64,000 nucleotides of DNA from Eukaryota sp. GEM-RC1 (GCA_040285855.1 JAUFOQ010000010.1:620001-684000), one strand, 5' to 3'. Counted from the first letter of the stretch, positions 38,165 to 50,920 are shown. Notes: generated by a model not told the origin, from the letters alone. A program made the numbers and translations.

Positions 38165-39291
38165 GAGGAAACAACATTGTCATTTATTACTGAAGTATAT
38201 AGTTTATAAAGATTGTGTATTTTCACTGTTTCTACACCAAACAACAATATCATTAGTTTGTTCAACACAAATATTTACGAGATTCTTCAAATGATGTATT
38301 CAGATGTGACCACACGTTGAAAGCACTTTGTTTGGTGTAAGTACTGTAAAATGTGATAGTTTTGGTTACAACAACCGAGTTGAACGAATAAAAGCAGAGA
38401 CGTATTCAAACATTACGTGTCTTAGTAGAAACAAAGTATTCTGAAGAGTCATCCTAAAAGTCAATCTGTAGAATGTGTAAAAGCAGACATGATTTATGGT
38501 TTTTGTTGATATCTAAATGGACTAGAACCTCACCAATGATCACAAAAAGTACAACAGGGGTTTATGATCAATCAAGGAAATAAATGCTTTTTCAAATAAC
38601 AACTAAAAGACACCAACTAAAGTTTCTAAACCACAACCCTTCTCTCAAAAATCACTACAACACTTAACTAAAGTTGAAACAAAACATCTCTGCACAGAAC
38701 TAAACAACACAAACGTTGACCTACTCAACCAAAAATTTTCATTGAAAACTTTACCGTACTCAAATTTGTATTCTGCTAGCTGTTGGTTTCTCCAAATTTT
38801 CTGTTTTCCTTGATTGATCATAAACCCCTGTAGTTCTTTTTGTGAAGATAAACAGTTTTTCCAATCCACAAAAAACAAACAAGACGGAATTATTTACCGT
38901 AATACCACTAGTCGTTTAGAAAAATCCAAGTCATTTAAGCCATAAAAACCACAACTTTGACAAAGCATTCATTTAGCTGACTGATCGTAAACCCCCTTTT
39001 TCAAATAGAACGGATGTTAACCAAAACAATTCAGTAGTAAATGATGTGTGAAAAACACTAAAATATGAGATCGGCGTCAATCAGTTTTATAACAGATCAA
39101 GAAACAAAACAGACATTGAGTATTCCATATCATTCCATATTGTAAGTTGTATAGTACAAAGTGAATTAGTGAAGAACTCACTACAAACATATGGTCCAAA
39201 TACTGGGATATGCACAAGATGTTGTTAGGCGTGATGTTCGATTTGTCCTGTCAACGTTGATATTTTCCTTTTCAGCATTTCTCTACAATCA

Positions 39292-39820
39292 ATGCAACTT
39301 ATCGTGATCTTTCTTCTTGTTTTGACCATTGTTTGGGCTGATTGCCGTTGCCCAGGTCGGTGTGGTAATGGTTTTAGAGGTACTGCTGCCCAATGTTACT
39401 GCTATTGTCAAGAAACGGCCAAAGAATTAGATGTTTCTCCCAATGCTCGCTGCACTTACGTTGCTCATGCACATTTTGTTCCTGGAAGTTGTAGCCTCTG
39501 CGACGTTTACATCTCCCCCTCAAGCTGATGGTAGCACCAGTGTCGCCGAAGCTTTCGAACGATCTTTGTCCGAAGCCATTCTTCCCATTGTTGATGCTAA
39601 TGCAGATCTCATCTTTCCTCTATACAGATGTAAATGTCCCGGACGGTGTGAAAGTGGTTATAGAGGATCTTTGAGTCAATGTTCAAAATGGGCACGTGAT
39701 GAGCGACATCTCTTTGTAAATGAACAGTTCAAGATCCATTATTTCCCTAGTGGAGGTTTTAGTAGAGGTGGATGTTCTGTATGTGGAAAGACTGATCCTT
39801 GTAAAGAGTTTCCACTTTGA
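39292..39820 (+). CDS. Secreted cysteine-rich protein, copy 2
   Basis: One S>N change and otherwise synonymous differences from copy 1, with the same frame break. Confidence 0.8.
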
Positions 39821-40398
39821 GAGGAAACAACATTGTCATTTATTACTGAAGTATATAGTTCATAAAAATTGTGAAAGACTGTTTAGTCGTGCCAAGTTGG
39901 ATGTTGAAATTCTTCGTCCAAAACTGTATAGCAAGTCTAGACAAACAACGATTATTGATGTACAATGTATAACACTAATCTACAGTGATACTGTTCGCAA
40001 GTTACTTAATACTTACTTCTGACTTGGACAATGAAGAAGATTTAAAAATTAGTCGCCAAAACAAGATATCATTAAATTACGTAGAAATATTGCCAATATT
40101 ATTGTATATTTGAGGTTAAATTTGTCAGAACAAAAACAAATTTATTTATTGTTGGTCACAAAAATAACAATTTACATTGTACAATCCTAATCTACAGTAT
40201 TTATTTTCTTCGTATCAAATAATTTATTTAAATATTTTTGTAAAGGTTTTCTCTTTTATTATAACTGCATTTTTTTGTAATTTATTTTTATTGACAACAA
40301 CACTACAGTGTACATACATCTAATAATCAATATCCTCAAAGTCCATGTATTTTTTTGACATGACATCCCTATTATCAATTATAACAGTGAATCATAAC

Positions 40399-40907
40399 TT
40401 GGGCCTGGAAAACAATCATTGGGCAACCAATAATTGCCAATTGCAATAATTGCAATAATTGTTTTTTATATTGTCGACAATTGTCAATTAATTGATAATT
40501 GGACAACATCACAGTTACCGTAAAATAAACATAGCTGACAATGTTTTTACGGTCTTACCGGACAAACTCTTACCCCTCTCTAATGACCGAAAAGAACTCT
40601 GTCTTTCTTTCTGTAAACCCGACACAACATTGGATATATGGGACCTAATAGCCTTTCGTACAGTCTGTGAGACCCACTGGGACCCAGATGATGAAATAGC
40701 AGATTTATAGATTTAAAGAATGTGCTCACCCAATGAAATTTTCTAGGGTAGTTTTTGGTGAGTTTCTACTCTACAAATAGAACTTATATATAGTTTATAC
40801 TGCATGACAATTGAATAATTGGCTCAATTAATTGGAACAATTGCAATGATTGATTTTAAGAATTTTTTCAAACCAATTAATTGCCAATTCAATTATTCTA
40901 GGCCCTG
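40399..40907. mobile_element. Degenerate hAT-type non-autonomous element
   Basis: Ends TTGGGCCTGGAA / TTCTAGGCCCTG with CAATTG-rich subterminal arrays. No direct TSD (flanks ATCATAAC / CTTATGAT). Confidence 0.5.
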
Positions 40908-41420
40908 CTTATGATTCATAAGCATCATGTTACATCTTGATCACCGGACTAACAAAATCACCACACTTTGGATGGAAAATTCTTCCAACATCAGGTCGCG
41001 CTCATCTTTCGCATTTATAGAAACATCGAAATAGTTGCAATTGTAGTCACAACTTTTAAATCTAGCCTTTCAAAAGTGTTACCGCGGAGGAACCACAATC
41101 ACAGGCAGCAAGCACCAAAAGGTTGGTGAGAAACAGTGGTCAGTGAATTGCGAAAAACTCGCCGTAGCATCTAGACTGTGGATAACTGTGTGTTCATGAA
41201 GATATTTGTACACAGCGATCGCTTCCGCGACGTGTTGGAGTGGCGCTTTTTGCTCGAAAGAACAAGAGGAACATGCACAATTCCCCGCAAAGGAAGAACG
41301 CACATGTACAGATGTCGACAATACTCTACAGAAGATTTATTAACGAGAGAATGGAAGAATGGAGATTATCGTAATTGATCAACGTTGTAGAAGAAAATTG
41401 CTCTTACAAATGCTATTAGA

Positions 41421-43025
41421 ATGATCCCTCCTCAAGATCTTGTCTCAATCTCAACACTTACTGAAGATGTAAGTAAGGGAATTGTCTCACTGGACGACAC
41501 ATCATCCACCAGTTCACAAGAGCTAGGGATAGGAAAAGAAATCACTGTCTGCTCAATTTCTGTCGAGAAGATATCACAATCTGCCCGATCCTCCACCTCT
41601 TCCCCAATCAAAACTTCTTACACAGGAGCAAACTGTTTACGAATTCAGCAGTCCTTGTTGATTTTGGTCCACCTCCACTTGTTGAAACGTTTCTCCAAAG
41701 CTTCTTGCGAAGACACTAATGATTACCATCTTCTCCTCCTCACTTTGATACAGCGTTTACACACATTTGCAAAGAAAGTTGGCTATGTGAGTCGTCATTT
41801 CTTTGAATCTGCTCTTCTAGCAATCAAACAGTTTTTCCAAACAAACACGTTTGACATATTCCCTGAAAATCTTCCCCATCTCTGTTCATTTGCTTCTTTC
41901 TTTGGAGCCAAAGTACAGTCCGTTTTCGTTTATGTATATGGGAGCTTTAACGTTGAACAATTTTCCCATTGTTTTAACTTAATTTCAGGGCTGCAATTGA
42001 ATTTAGATAACCACAATGACTTGGAGTTTCTTAACAAGGCGTCTTATTACTTTCCACGTCTTAAACAGCTTGATGTTATTGCTTCTATTTCCAATTCAAT
42101 TTCTATCCCTTTAATAGAATTGTTGAAAGTCAATACTACCATTACATGTTTGTGTTTGTGGAACAATTCTCTTGAAGATAAAGGTGTACGGGCTTTAGCA
42201 GATGCGTTGAAAGTCAATACCACATTGACAAGTGTTAATCTGTGTGAAAACTCAATTGGAGCTAATGGTGCTAAAGCTTTGGCAGATACGTTGAAAGTCA
42301 ATACCACATTGACACGTGTTGACCTGGAGAACAATTCTATTGGAGATGAAGGTGCTACAGCTTTAGCTGACGCGTTGAAAGTAAATGATAGGTTGACAAG
42401 AATTGGTCTGTATATGAACTATATTGGAGATGAAGGTGCTATAGCTTTGGCAGAGGCGTTAAAAGTTAATAACACAGTTACAACTGTTAATCTGGGTCAA
42501 AACTCAATTGGAGCTGAAGGTGCTAAAGCTTTAGCAGATGCGTTGAAAGTCAATACCACATTGACAAGTGTTAATCTGTATATGAACTTTATTGGAGATG
42601 AAGGTGCAAGAACTCTGGCAGAGGCTTTAACAGTTAATATCGCAGTTACATGTGTTGATTTGTGTAACAACTCTATTGGATTTGAAGGTGTTAAATCTTT
42701 ATCTGAGGCGTTGAAAATCAATAACTCAGTGGTAGAACTTTGTCTAGGTGCTAACTCTATTGGAGATCACGGTGCTAAAGCGTTGGCGGCTACATTGAAA
42801 ATTAATAATAAGCTGACAAACATTTCTTTGTTTTATGCGTTAATTGGAGATGAAGGTGCTATAGCATTGGCAAATGCATTGAAATGCAATTCTACAGTTT
42901 CAAGTATTGATATTGGGAACAATACAATCGGCGATGAAGGTGTTAGAGCATTTGCAGAGACAATGACCATTAATGGTATAGTTACAATAGAAGGTGTAGA
43001 TCTACCCGTAAATGTAATAAATTAA
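41421..43025 (+). CDS. Ser-rich N-terminus, family domain and 10 RI-class LRRs (534 aa)
   Basis: Intact ATG-TAA ORF with IQQSLL / VGYVSRHFFESAL / LCSFASFFGA motifs and 28-aa NSIGDEGAxALAEALKVN repeats. Confidence 0.92.
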   Translation: MIPPQDLVSISTLTEDVSKGIVSLDDTSSTSSQELGIGKEITVCSISVEKISQSARSSTSSPIKTSYTGANCLRIQQSLLILVHLHLLKRFSKASCEDTNDYHLLLLTLIQRLHTFAKKVGYVSRHFFESALLAIKQFFQTNTFDIFPENLPHLCSFASFFGAKVQSVFVYVYGSFNVEQFSHCFNLISGLQLNLDNHNDLEFLNKASYYFPRLKQLDVIASISNSISIPLIELLKVNTTITCLCLWNNSLEDKGVRALADALKVNTTLTSVNLCENSIGANGAKALADTLKVNTTLTRVDLENNSIGDEGATALADALKVNDRLTRIGLYMNYIGDEGAIALAEALKVNNTVTTVNLGQNSIGAEGAKALADALKVNTTLTSVNLYMNFIGDEGARTLAEALTVNIAVTCVDLCNNSIGFEGVKSLSEALKINNSVVELCLGANSIGDHGAKALAATLKINNKLTNISLFYALIGDEGAIALANALKCNSTVSSIDIGNNTIGDEGVRAFAETMTINGIVTIEGVDLPVNVIN

Positions 43026-43683
43026 TATATTCATTACTCATTTATTTATTCAAGAAAAAAGGTGATGTTGTTCAGGCAGTGGCATCAAACTTGACGAAAT
43101 TTTGTTCCCATTGAAAATTTTGATCAGTACCTTGGAAGTATAAAATTATCAACAGAATTGGACGAACACCAAATTGAATCTGAATGTGTATCATTAGTAA
43201 ATCATTGTTTATTTGCGATCTGCTGTACTTCTTGATCTATCTCACACTCCTTGATCCTCCTGCTGCCCCACCCCCGCAAAAGTTCAGCCGTGAGCTTTTT
43301 CAAAACAATTCCAATTCCCATTTTTCGATTCAATCTCAGTCGTATTTGGTACAAAGGTTGTTATCGGGAGTTATTGGTTCATGATTTTGTAAGCAGTAGA
43401 GCTCTGTAACAATACAAACTCAATCACAAAGGGTTCAGAACAATAAACTGGACTGAATCCAATCCGGTTGACCCAAAATCTCTTGTAATTACAATATATT
43501 GTACCAGTAGCGTACTGAATTGTTGGTATGACACGGATGGCTTAATGTAACTGGGAAAAATTGAAGTTATAGAGTAAGTCAATCCGTTCACACTAAATTT
43601 AGAACTGTCATTTATTTGTTCCGAACTACACTCAGCTACTGGTAAAACAACTTAAATGACATGGAGTTGAACGAAATAATTTC

Positions 43684-44378
43684 CAGTGTTTTTGGAGTTC
43701 GTGTACGTACAAATTTGTTAAGTACGTACTTCTTTGTAAATACGTACTCGTACGTACTTCACGTACTTTCCTGTTCTGAAGTCTAATCTGTATTAATTGA
43801 CCCCTTTTGTTCTCAAGATAAGGGGTCATAACAACACCAATATTGTATGAACATTTATTGAACTCATAAAACACTTTATCATCATCTTGAAAAAAACACA
43901 CCAGTTCAAAGTCTGCAGCAGAAATCAGGATGTGGAACTGTACTTGTCTTAAGAAGGGGTTCTTCAACGGCTAAGCAAGTCCTTTTTTCAGACGTCAGGA
44001 GGTGTATCAGTAGGTTTGATTCCAATGTTAGATAATTGCCTCAGTAAGAGGTGTTATAAAAGCAGATGTTTACAAAAGTTTTATGTGTACCGTGAGAAAT
44101 AAACTCCACTTGACTAACAGTGTGCTAAGTCGCTTGAACAGAACGCCTGGGTACCAAACTAAGAAGATAATTAGGAGCACTGGTGTAAATGGAGGTGGAT
44201 GAACGACTCAGAACAAATGAAACGTATTGCACAACAGGATTCTATGAAGAAACAGAGATGATGAGCATAAGAATGTAGGTGGGTTAGAGAAGTACGATAA
44301 GTACGGGAAATACATACTTAACTTAGAAGTTCAAATACGGCGTATTTAGGCTGAAGTACGCGTATTTCCGAAACACTG
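43684..44378. mobile_element. Non-autonomous hAT element
   Basis: TIRs CAGTGTTT / AAACACTG, perfect 8-bp TSD ATAATTTC (43676-43683, 44379-44386) and GTACGTAC subterminal repeats. Confidence 0.88.
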
Positions 44379-44405
44379 ATAATTTCATAGAGTATACCTT
44401 ATGTA

Positions 44406-45157
44406 CAGGACTCTTTAGTATTGGATTGCAATATAATGGTATTGGTTTTTACCCTTCCAATCAATAATGGATATCGACCAATATATTCGTAAATATTGCA
44501 ATGTAGTTGAAACTGTCAAACATAGAAAATTTATCAAGATATACTTCTGAAATATTAAAAATAAATCAAACTAAATTTGAAGTGCTGTAATTGTTTTTGT
44601 TAATTTTTGACATAAACAATACATTAAGAGTAAAATTTCAAGACTTATCAATTTAGTTAAACAAGCTCATCTTCTGGGGACCAATTGACAACGAAAGTCG
44701 TACGAACAGTTCCACCATCCCATGGTCCTCAGTTGTAATTCAACCAAAGTTGAGCTTCCAAACAGCTATTGTACAAAGAATAGCGAGTCATTCCATACGC
44801 AAGTTTGACGTGGAATTGAGGGTAAAAACGGAGACACAGATTGTTCTATCATCTGTCATAAGTCGACTACGTTTAAGTTAGAAGTAGAGAATCTCAACAA
44901 TAGACTTCTTATGTTGATGTGACAGATTTTCTAGTTAAGTATATGAATTGTTGGCTGAATTGATGCTAGGAAGCGCAATAAATGAGTAGTTGACAGACAC
45001 TGATATACAATGTCCCGAATAGAATGTTTCACAATACCTGAACATCTGTAATGACCAATATTGTCAATATATTGGTATTGGTTTTTCACCAAACAATCCA
45101 TATTGGTACATATTTATTGGCAATACTGTAATAGCAATTCAATGTTACATAGCCCTG
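44406..45157. mobile_element. Older non-autonomous hAT element
   Basis: Imperfect TIRs CAGGACTCTTTAG / TTACATAGCCCTG, TSD CTTATGTA / CTTATATA (7 of 8) and TATTGG/CCAATA subterminal repeats. Confidence 0.65.
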
Positions 45158-45559
45158 CTTATATATAAGGTATAGAACAAAAAAAACTTGGTACTTCGAG
45201 GAAGCAGACAACATAAGACAAGGTACTTTACTATTATACCTCTGTTGACAGTTCGAGCAAGAACTCCAAATTTAAGTACTGTAGTAGAGTCTGCCATCTG
45301 AATAGTCAAAAAGTTTGAACAACTAAAGAGGAGTTTCAGAAGAAGCGTTCCTTAAGGGTGTATTGTTGCAAACATCCACAGACACTACATCGACGACATA
45401 CAATATGTCTGCAGAAGACGACATTTTCTTTTACCATAAAACCATATCAGTTAATTCCAATACTATAAAGGACTTACATCAATTATATCTCATCTATACT
45501 ATATAATCTGTACCCAAATGTGATCTTGATTTGTCAAAAACTACATAGCCATTATAGTT

Positions 45560-45695
45560 GGAACTGATGAAGTATCAACACCAGACCAAAGTTCAGTTTT
45601 GTGTTCACTGTCTGTGATATTATCTGATAATTCCATGAACCAATCTAGGATCTTAACCAAGGGTGTTCCTCAGAATTTACGGAAGCAATTCCTCT
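45560..45695 (-). pseudogene. Degenerate fragment of the gypsy pol 3' end
   Basis: Aligns by eye to 57544-57666 (ggaactgatgaagtatca...atctaggatcttaacca...gaagcaatt). Confidence 0.8.
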
Positions 45696-45699
45696 GTAA

Positions 45700-45953
45700 T
45701 GATGTATTTCAATGTACATGTTGAGTACAAATTAAGTCCTTTTGCGATTTCAATTTATGGTCGACTCGGCAGAGATACTCTTTGTTTTCTCTCTGATTTT
45801 GATAAAGTTGTCAAAAAAATAATGAACAAGAAATTTGATTTCCAGTTTTGGTTGAATCGTATTGTTTTTACGATATTTAAAACAATTCCTGTCATGATGT
45901 CAAAGGCTCTATTAGCTCTCTCTATTTTTTATGAAAAAAACAAGCTGTTGTGA
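45700..45953 (+). pseudogene. 3' fragment of an RLE-type non-LTR retrotransposon ORF
   Basis: SPFAISIYGRLG...FWLNRIVF matches HPFAISLYGKFG...YWRGRLSF at 48650-48800. Confidence 0.75.
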
Positions 45954-46612
45954 CTTTTAATGGCAATGATTGTTGCTTTAATGATATTGAGTTCTAGTAT
46001 TTGTGTTTATCTTAGTGTTTTTGTTCCATACATCACGAACATCAAAACAAAATCATCAAATGTATATGTAATGTGAATTAATACTGTTCTTTTGATCTGT
46101 GTAATTTACTTGATTCGTATATAGACTTCTGTTGTGTCAACGTAGATTAGACTAGTATATATGTCTAAATGCAGTGTTTCAATAAATCATTAGGGATGTG
46201 TTACCTACAAGTGACATAGACTTAGTATACGTGTAATTAGTACAATAATTGGTACTAGAACACTGCCACGTTATAACACATGTGGCTTACACATGCAGTT
46301 ATTTTCATCCCAAGTGAATTTTCACACAATGTCATTTTCTAACTTTCACAATAAGATTCATTATCGTGTCAAACAGTCCACTACACCGGCGACGATACTT
46401 ACTCTCACTGAGACTAGTTACGAGACTCCTTTTTTATTCCAAAACCATTAATAGTCTCACCGAGACTCACTACGAAGTGAGACTATATGTGGTAGAGAAC
46501 AATTAGTCTCACAACAATATTCTTACCAACATTCATACTGTACATGTATTATGACCAACATAATGATTTATTCTAATTCTACCTAATCAATCTCGTTTTT
46601 TTTCTTCATCTC

Positions 46613-48870
46613 ATGGCACCAATAATATCTAAACCAGCTAAACCTCCTCCTCGAAATAAATCAAGTGGTCTCCGCAGTCTTCCAAGAAAATGTAGCTGTT
46701 GTTCTTCAACAACTCATGATAAACGACACTGTCCTGTTTGTTTTGAAGCAGAAGATGCTGCTGCCACTGTGGCTGCTTGTAAGTCCATCCCTGCCGAGAG
46801 GTCTCCATTGTTTGATACTGATGTTTTCGATGTGCATTCCTTCTTCGGAGTCTGTAACTTCTCGTACTTGTCTCTTTTGCCTTTCTCCAATTACAGGGAC
46901 TAATTCTTCAGGTAGACCTTTGCTTTGTTGTTCGTCGTGTTCCACACATGATGTACCTCGTCCCCCTTTTTCAATTCCTTTGTCTGTTAATCCTCTGCAT
47001 GCTTCTTCTTTGGCATCAACTGTTCTATCTTTGACGTATCCTCTCAGAAATGGTTCGTGGAATCCTGCCCCTTTGTGGGGGTTCTTTCTATATCATGGGA
47101 AAGGTAAAACTTCTCGATCTCAGTCTAAGTCGTCTAACAATTCTAAAAGGAGTCTGTGTCGCTCTTTAGTTTTCCGGGGTCAGTTTTCATCTGTTATCTC
47201 CCTCCTGGATGGAACTGATCTAGCTCAAAATTCATTAGAAACTGTCAGGAAGTTGGAGTTGCTGCATCCAGTTGAACCTCCTTTTATTATTGAGAAGACT
47301 ACTTCAAATTTTTGGTTAGATTCTCCTATCACAAAGAATGAAGTGTCAAATGCCATTTTAAAAGCTAAAGGTGGTAAAGCTGCAGGTCCGTCAGCGCTGA
47401 GTTTTGATCACTTAAAAGCAACCATCTCACATTCTACTGAAATTTGTGACGATTTAGCTGTTTTTTACAATCTAATTTGTCAGTGTCCAGTTAAGTGCCC
47501 TCATGCTCTGAAATCTAGCCGCTTGGTTGCATTGAACAAGAATGATGGAGGTGTTAGACCTATTGCTGTTGGTGAAGTTAGTCATCCGTCTTTTTGCTAC
47601 TATTTGTTTCGACAGAATTAAAGACAAAGCTGTGTCGTTCTTCAGACCTTTTCAGTATTGTATTGGTATCGTTGATGGTACTAATTGTGCCAGTTTAATG
47701 ACGGATCTTTTCCTAAACAGTGATGTCAACAACTTGGTTCTTAATGTTGATTATAAGAATGCTTTTAATTGTGTTTTTCGTTCTGAAATTTATAAGGATT
47801 TATTCGCTCATGTTCCTGAGCTGATTTCATACTTTAATTTAATGTATGGTTCTTATACTTCTCTATTATTCAATGAACACACTATTTCGTCTTCTCGTGG
47901 TGTTAAACAGGGTGACCCTTTGGGCCCTTTCTTGTTTTGTCTTCCCTTACAAAGAATTCTTCGTATTTTTTCTTTAAAATTTCCTAATATCAAGTTAACT
48001 TCGTATGCTGATGACACTTCATTAGTAGGACCATTGGATGCTCTGAAATCTAGTTTTGCTCATTTCGTTTCCTTATCGAAAGCTAAAATCGAGAGTCCCG
48101 CTTTTTGTGCTTTTTTGAAAGACATTTCTAGTGATGAGGCTTCTACTTTGATTACTCGATATCCTCAAAGATATAGTTTCAACTTAAAAGATCATGAATG
48201 GCTTATCAACATTCGTTTGAGGTTGGGTTTATGGCCTGTTGGTCTCCTACAAAAGTCTACTTGTGTGTGTGGTTCTTCTTTAGCCTCTTTCCATCATGTG
48301 GTCAAATGTCATAAGTTTATTCATTTAAGATCAATTATTCACAACAGTTTACGTGATCAATGTTTAGAATTGTTTCAGAGCAATGGTTTTCATGGGAAAA
48401 TCGAACCAGTTTTAAATACTTTGTCTGACTCAATCATGAGGGATAAGAGTAGAGGTGATTTGATTGATGCTTGGTTGTCCTCTCAAGAAATAATTATGGA
48501 CTTTACTACGATTGATCCTTGTAACTCAACTTCCGTTAACAAAATTTCAGACGAAAACTATTCAGCTCTTGAAACTGCTGAAAGGAAAAAATTAGATCGT
48601 TATGACGAATTAATTTCCAAGATGAATTCTCGCCGACACAATCCTTTTGTTTTCCATCCTTTTGCTATTTCTCTTTATGGTAAGTTTGGTTGCTTTGGTC
48701 AACAATTTCTCACAGATTTTGGCAAATTGTGTAAGCAGTATGGAAAGAATTTTAATGAAAGTTACTGGAGAGGAAGGTTGTCGTTTTCCCTTTTCAAAGC
48801 ATTGTTTAGATATTTCGATTCAATTTTGAACCGTCTCTTGGCATTGAGACATAAATTTGAGATGATGTAG
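46613..48870 (+). pseudogene. Non-LTR retrotransposon ORF: zinc knuckle, RT, CCHC and restriction-like endonuclease (CRE/R2-type architecture); frameshifted and internally deleted
   Basis: Motifs CSCCSSTTHDKRHC, GKAAGPS, GGVRPIAVGE, DYKNAFN, GVKQGDPLGPFLF, YADD, IRLRLGL, CVC..H..C..HN and RGD..DFT. Frame changes near 46850 and 47580. Sequence jumps from just after YADD to the C-terminal region near 48085. Confidence 0.9.
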
Positions 48871-49339
48871 ATGTATTGGTCTCTCATTTGTTAATATTGA
48901 TGATAGTTTGTAATTGTAAGAGTATATAAAAGGCGTTTTTTATCAATCTCATTTTCTTCAGCAACTTGTTCATCCTGATACTCGTTTACCTCCACATTTT
49001 CAGGATTCTCACTTTCCTCACATAACAATGGATCTCTTCCACTCAAATATTGTCGATTCTTGTTGGTAACACTCTGCAATTTCAACAGAGAATTGGATCT
49101 CATGCAAATGTTTTTGTCACATCCAAAGCTAGTCCCCTCGAATTCCAACGAATCATCCCCTTTCTTGCATATGATACACCGTTTTCGTTCGTCATTACAT
49201 TGAACCTTCTCACTGATTCAGCTGCCAATTTTAAAAAGAAAGAAGCGAAAACTCCCAAAAACACACAGTTTATGAAAATAAAACAAAAACCACAATCAAC
49301 AAAACCAATTCCACAACCAAAAACAAATATAACAGGAAA

Positions 49340-49610
49340 CTTATCTAGTTTTCTTATCATGAAAATCGAATTAAAACGATTGAATTCGCAAAAAAACGAA
49401 GAGATACTGGTACTACAAGAACAATTGAGTTTTGGGTCTAAGATGGAGCTCCAAGTCTTCCTGCATCAATATGCCTTACAAATAAACATGGAATTTTGTT
49501 ATGTGCATAATAACAATCGCACAAGACATGAGGTAAGATGCAGTGGTGAAGACTGTCCATTTAAAGTGACATCGAAATGCATCAGAGATTTGGAAGGATT
49601 CCTGAATTAG
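49340..49610 (+). pseudogene. MuDR/MULE-type N-terminal DNA-binding domain fragment
   Basis: FGSKMELQVFLHQYAL...EF...RHEVRCSGEDCPFKV resembles the F.s..e....l..ya...C....CpfrV pattern of Mutator transposase N-termini. No DDE core is visible. Confidence 0.6.
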
Positions 49611-50239
49611 GACTCCACTCGTTTTTCATAATTTTCTTCAGCGTATATTCCTCCCAAAAGAACGCCCTTATTTCTTTGATCTTTTGAATCACAAAGGAAA
49701 CCGCTGGTTGAGTTAAATGTGTTCGCAGAAAGAAAGCGCACTTCTGCCTCAGTTGCAGACAACTTCTCCCTAATATTCACACCACTATTTGGGTCTAGAG
49801 AGTAGCTTGGTGCGCTATCACAATAAATCACAGTTGTTCTACCAAATCTGTCCTTCTTGAAAATCATCATGTACTAATTAGATACAGTAAAGTGTAGTTT
49901 GTTTTACTTACACAAACATAAAATGACTTTTATTGGTCTCAAATGTTTTTAGGTACATAATTTGGTGAACAGATCTGGAAAAGAGATCACCATTATTAGT
50001 CTCACTGAGACTAAATGTCAACTGAGACTAATTATTGTCACCGATGTACTTGCGAGCTCTCAACATCTAGATTCGTTCCCTGATGCAAACACGTGCCATA
50101 TATGCGTTATCTTTTCTTTTGCCAGGAAACAAACAAAACCCTTGAAAATCAAAATAATGTATGTATTCTTCAATGAATCAGCACCAACAGCAACTGAACA
50201 AGCCCACTTATTGAAGATGTTTCTTTATAAAGCAGCAAT

Positions 50240-50920
50240 CAATGCCAATTTTGTGTTTCATCCGGATTCAGCCTTTGAAGCGAACTCCTACTCTCTTGAA
50301 AATGGTACACATCATCTCCTTGGTTCCATTGATAGTTGTCCAAGTGGTTGTGTCATTTGCTTACTTTCTGTGGTGCTCAATGGCCAGTCAGATAGAGGCA
50401 GTAATGATCGATTCCATTTGTTTAATAGTTTTCCGTCAGTTGAAGAAAGCGGCGAAACTCGTTTCATTGAGATTTAAAAGCTGACTTACAACAGAGTTAT
50501 CAGTAAACAGTGATTAGTGTATACAATGATTAATGATTCAACCTGCTGATCCTTTCGATATTTATAAAGTCAAGTCTATTTGGTTGAACCTATGGAATGA
50601 AAAGTAAACATAAACTGTGTCAAAATCGGAAATGACGGGTCGCCAGTTTCGTCGACGTCACGTCACGTCGATGCCCTTAATACTGTTTATGTTGGGTCAC
50701 GTTCGTTGATTTTTTAATGATCCGTCGTGACCCGCCACTTACTCCCCTTGACTTCTCGGGTTCAATAATGTAGTCCTGTAATTATTGATAAACCCCTAAT
50801 TTTTTACGTTTGTAGAAAACTCCAAACTCCAGTGTATTCTTTGTAAGCAGGATTCCAAAACCACTCCTTACTCGAAGCCGTCGACACAATGAGGGATCAT
50901 ATGAACTCTCAACATCCAAA
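50240..50920 (+). pseudogene. Highly degenerate hAT transposase remnants
   Basis: BED-finger-like KLQCILCKQ...ST/MRDHMNSQHP across a frameshift at about 50820-50915. Dimerisation-like LLKMVHIISLVP/DSCPS at about 50280-50350. Confidence 0.4.

Larger units (their letters stand above)
36649..39872. repeat. Tandem duplication of about 1.6 kb (36649-~38217 and 38306-~39872)
   Basis: Both copies start gtgaccacacgttgaaagcac, and the ORFs are offset by 1656 bp with few substitutions. Confidence 0.95.
46384..50046. mobile_element. 3.66-kb TA-flanked, TIR-bounded composite element, same termini family as the MITE at 56934
   Basis: Left end CACCGGCGACGATACTTACTCTCA matches the reverse complement of the right end, CATCGGTGACAATAATTAGTCTCA, at 19 of 24 positions. 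TA flanks both sides, and GTCTCA-n-TGAGAC subterminal palindromes occur at both ends. Confidence 0.75.
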
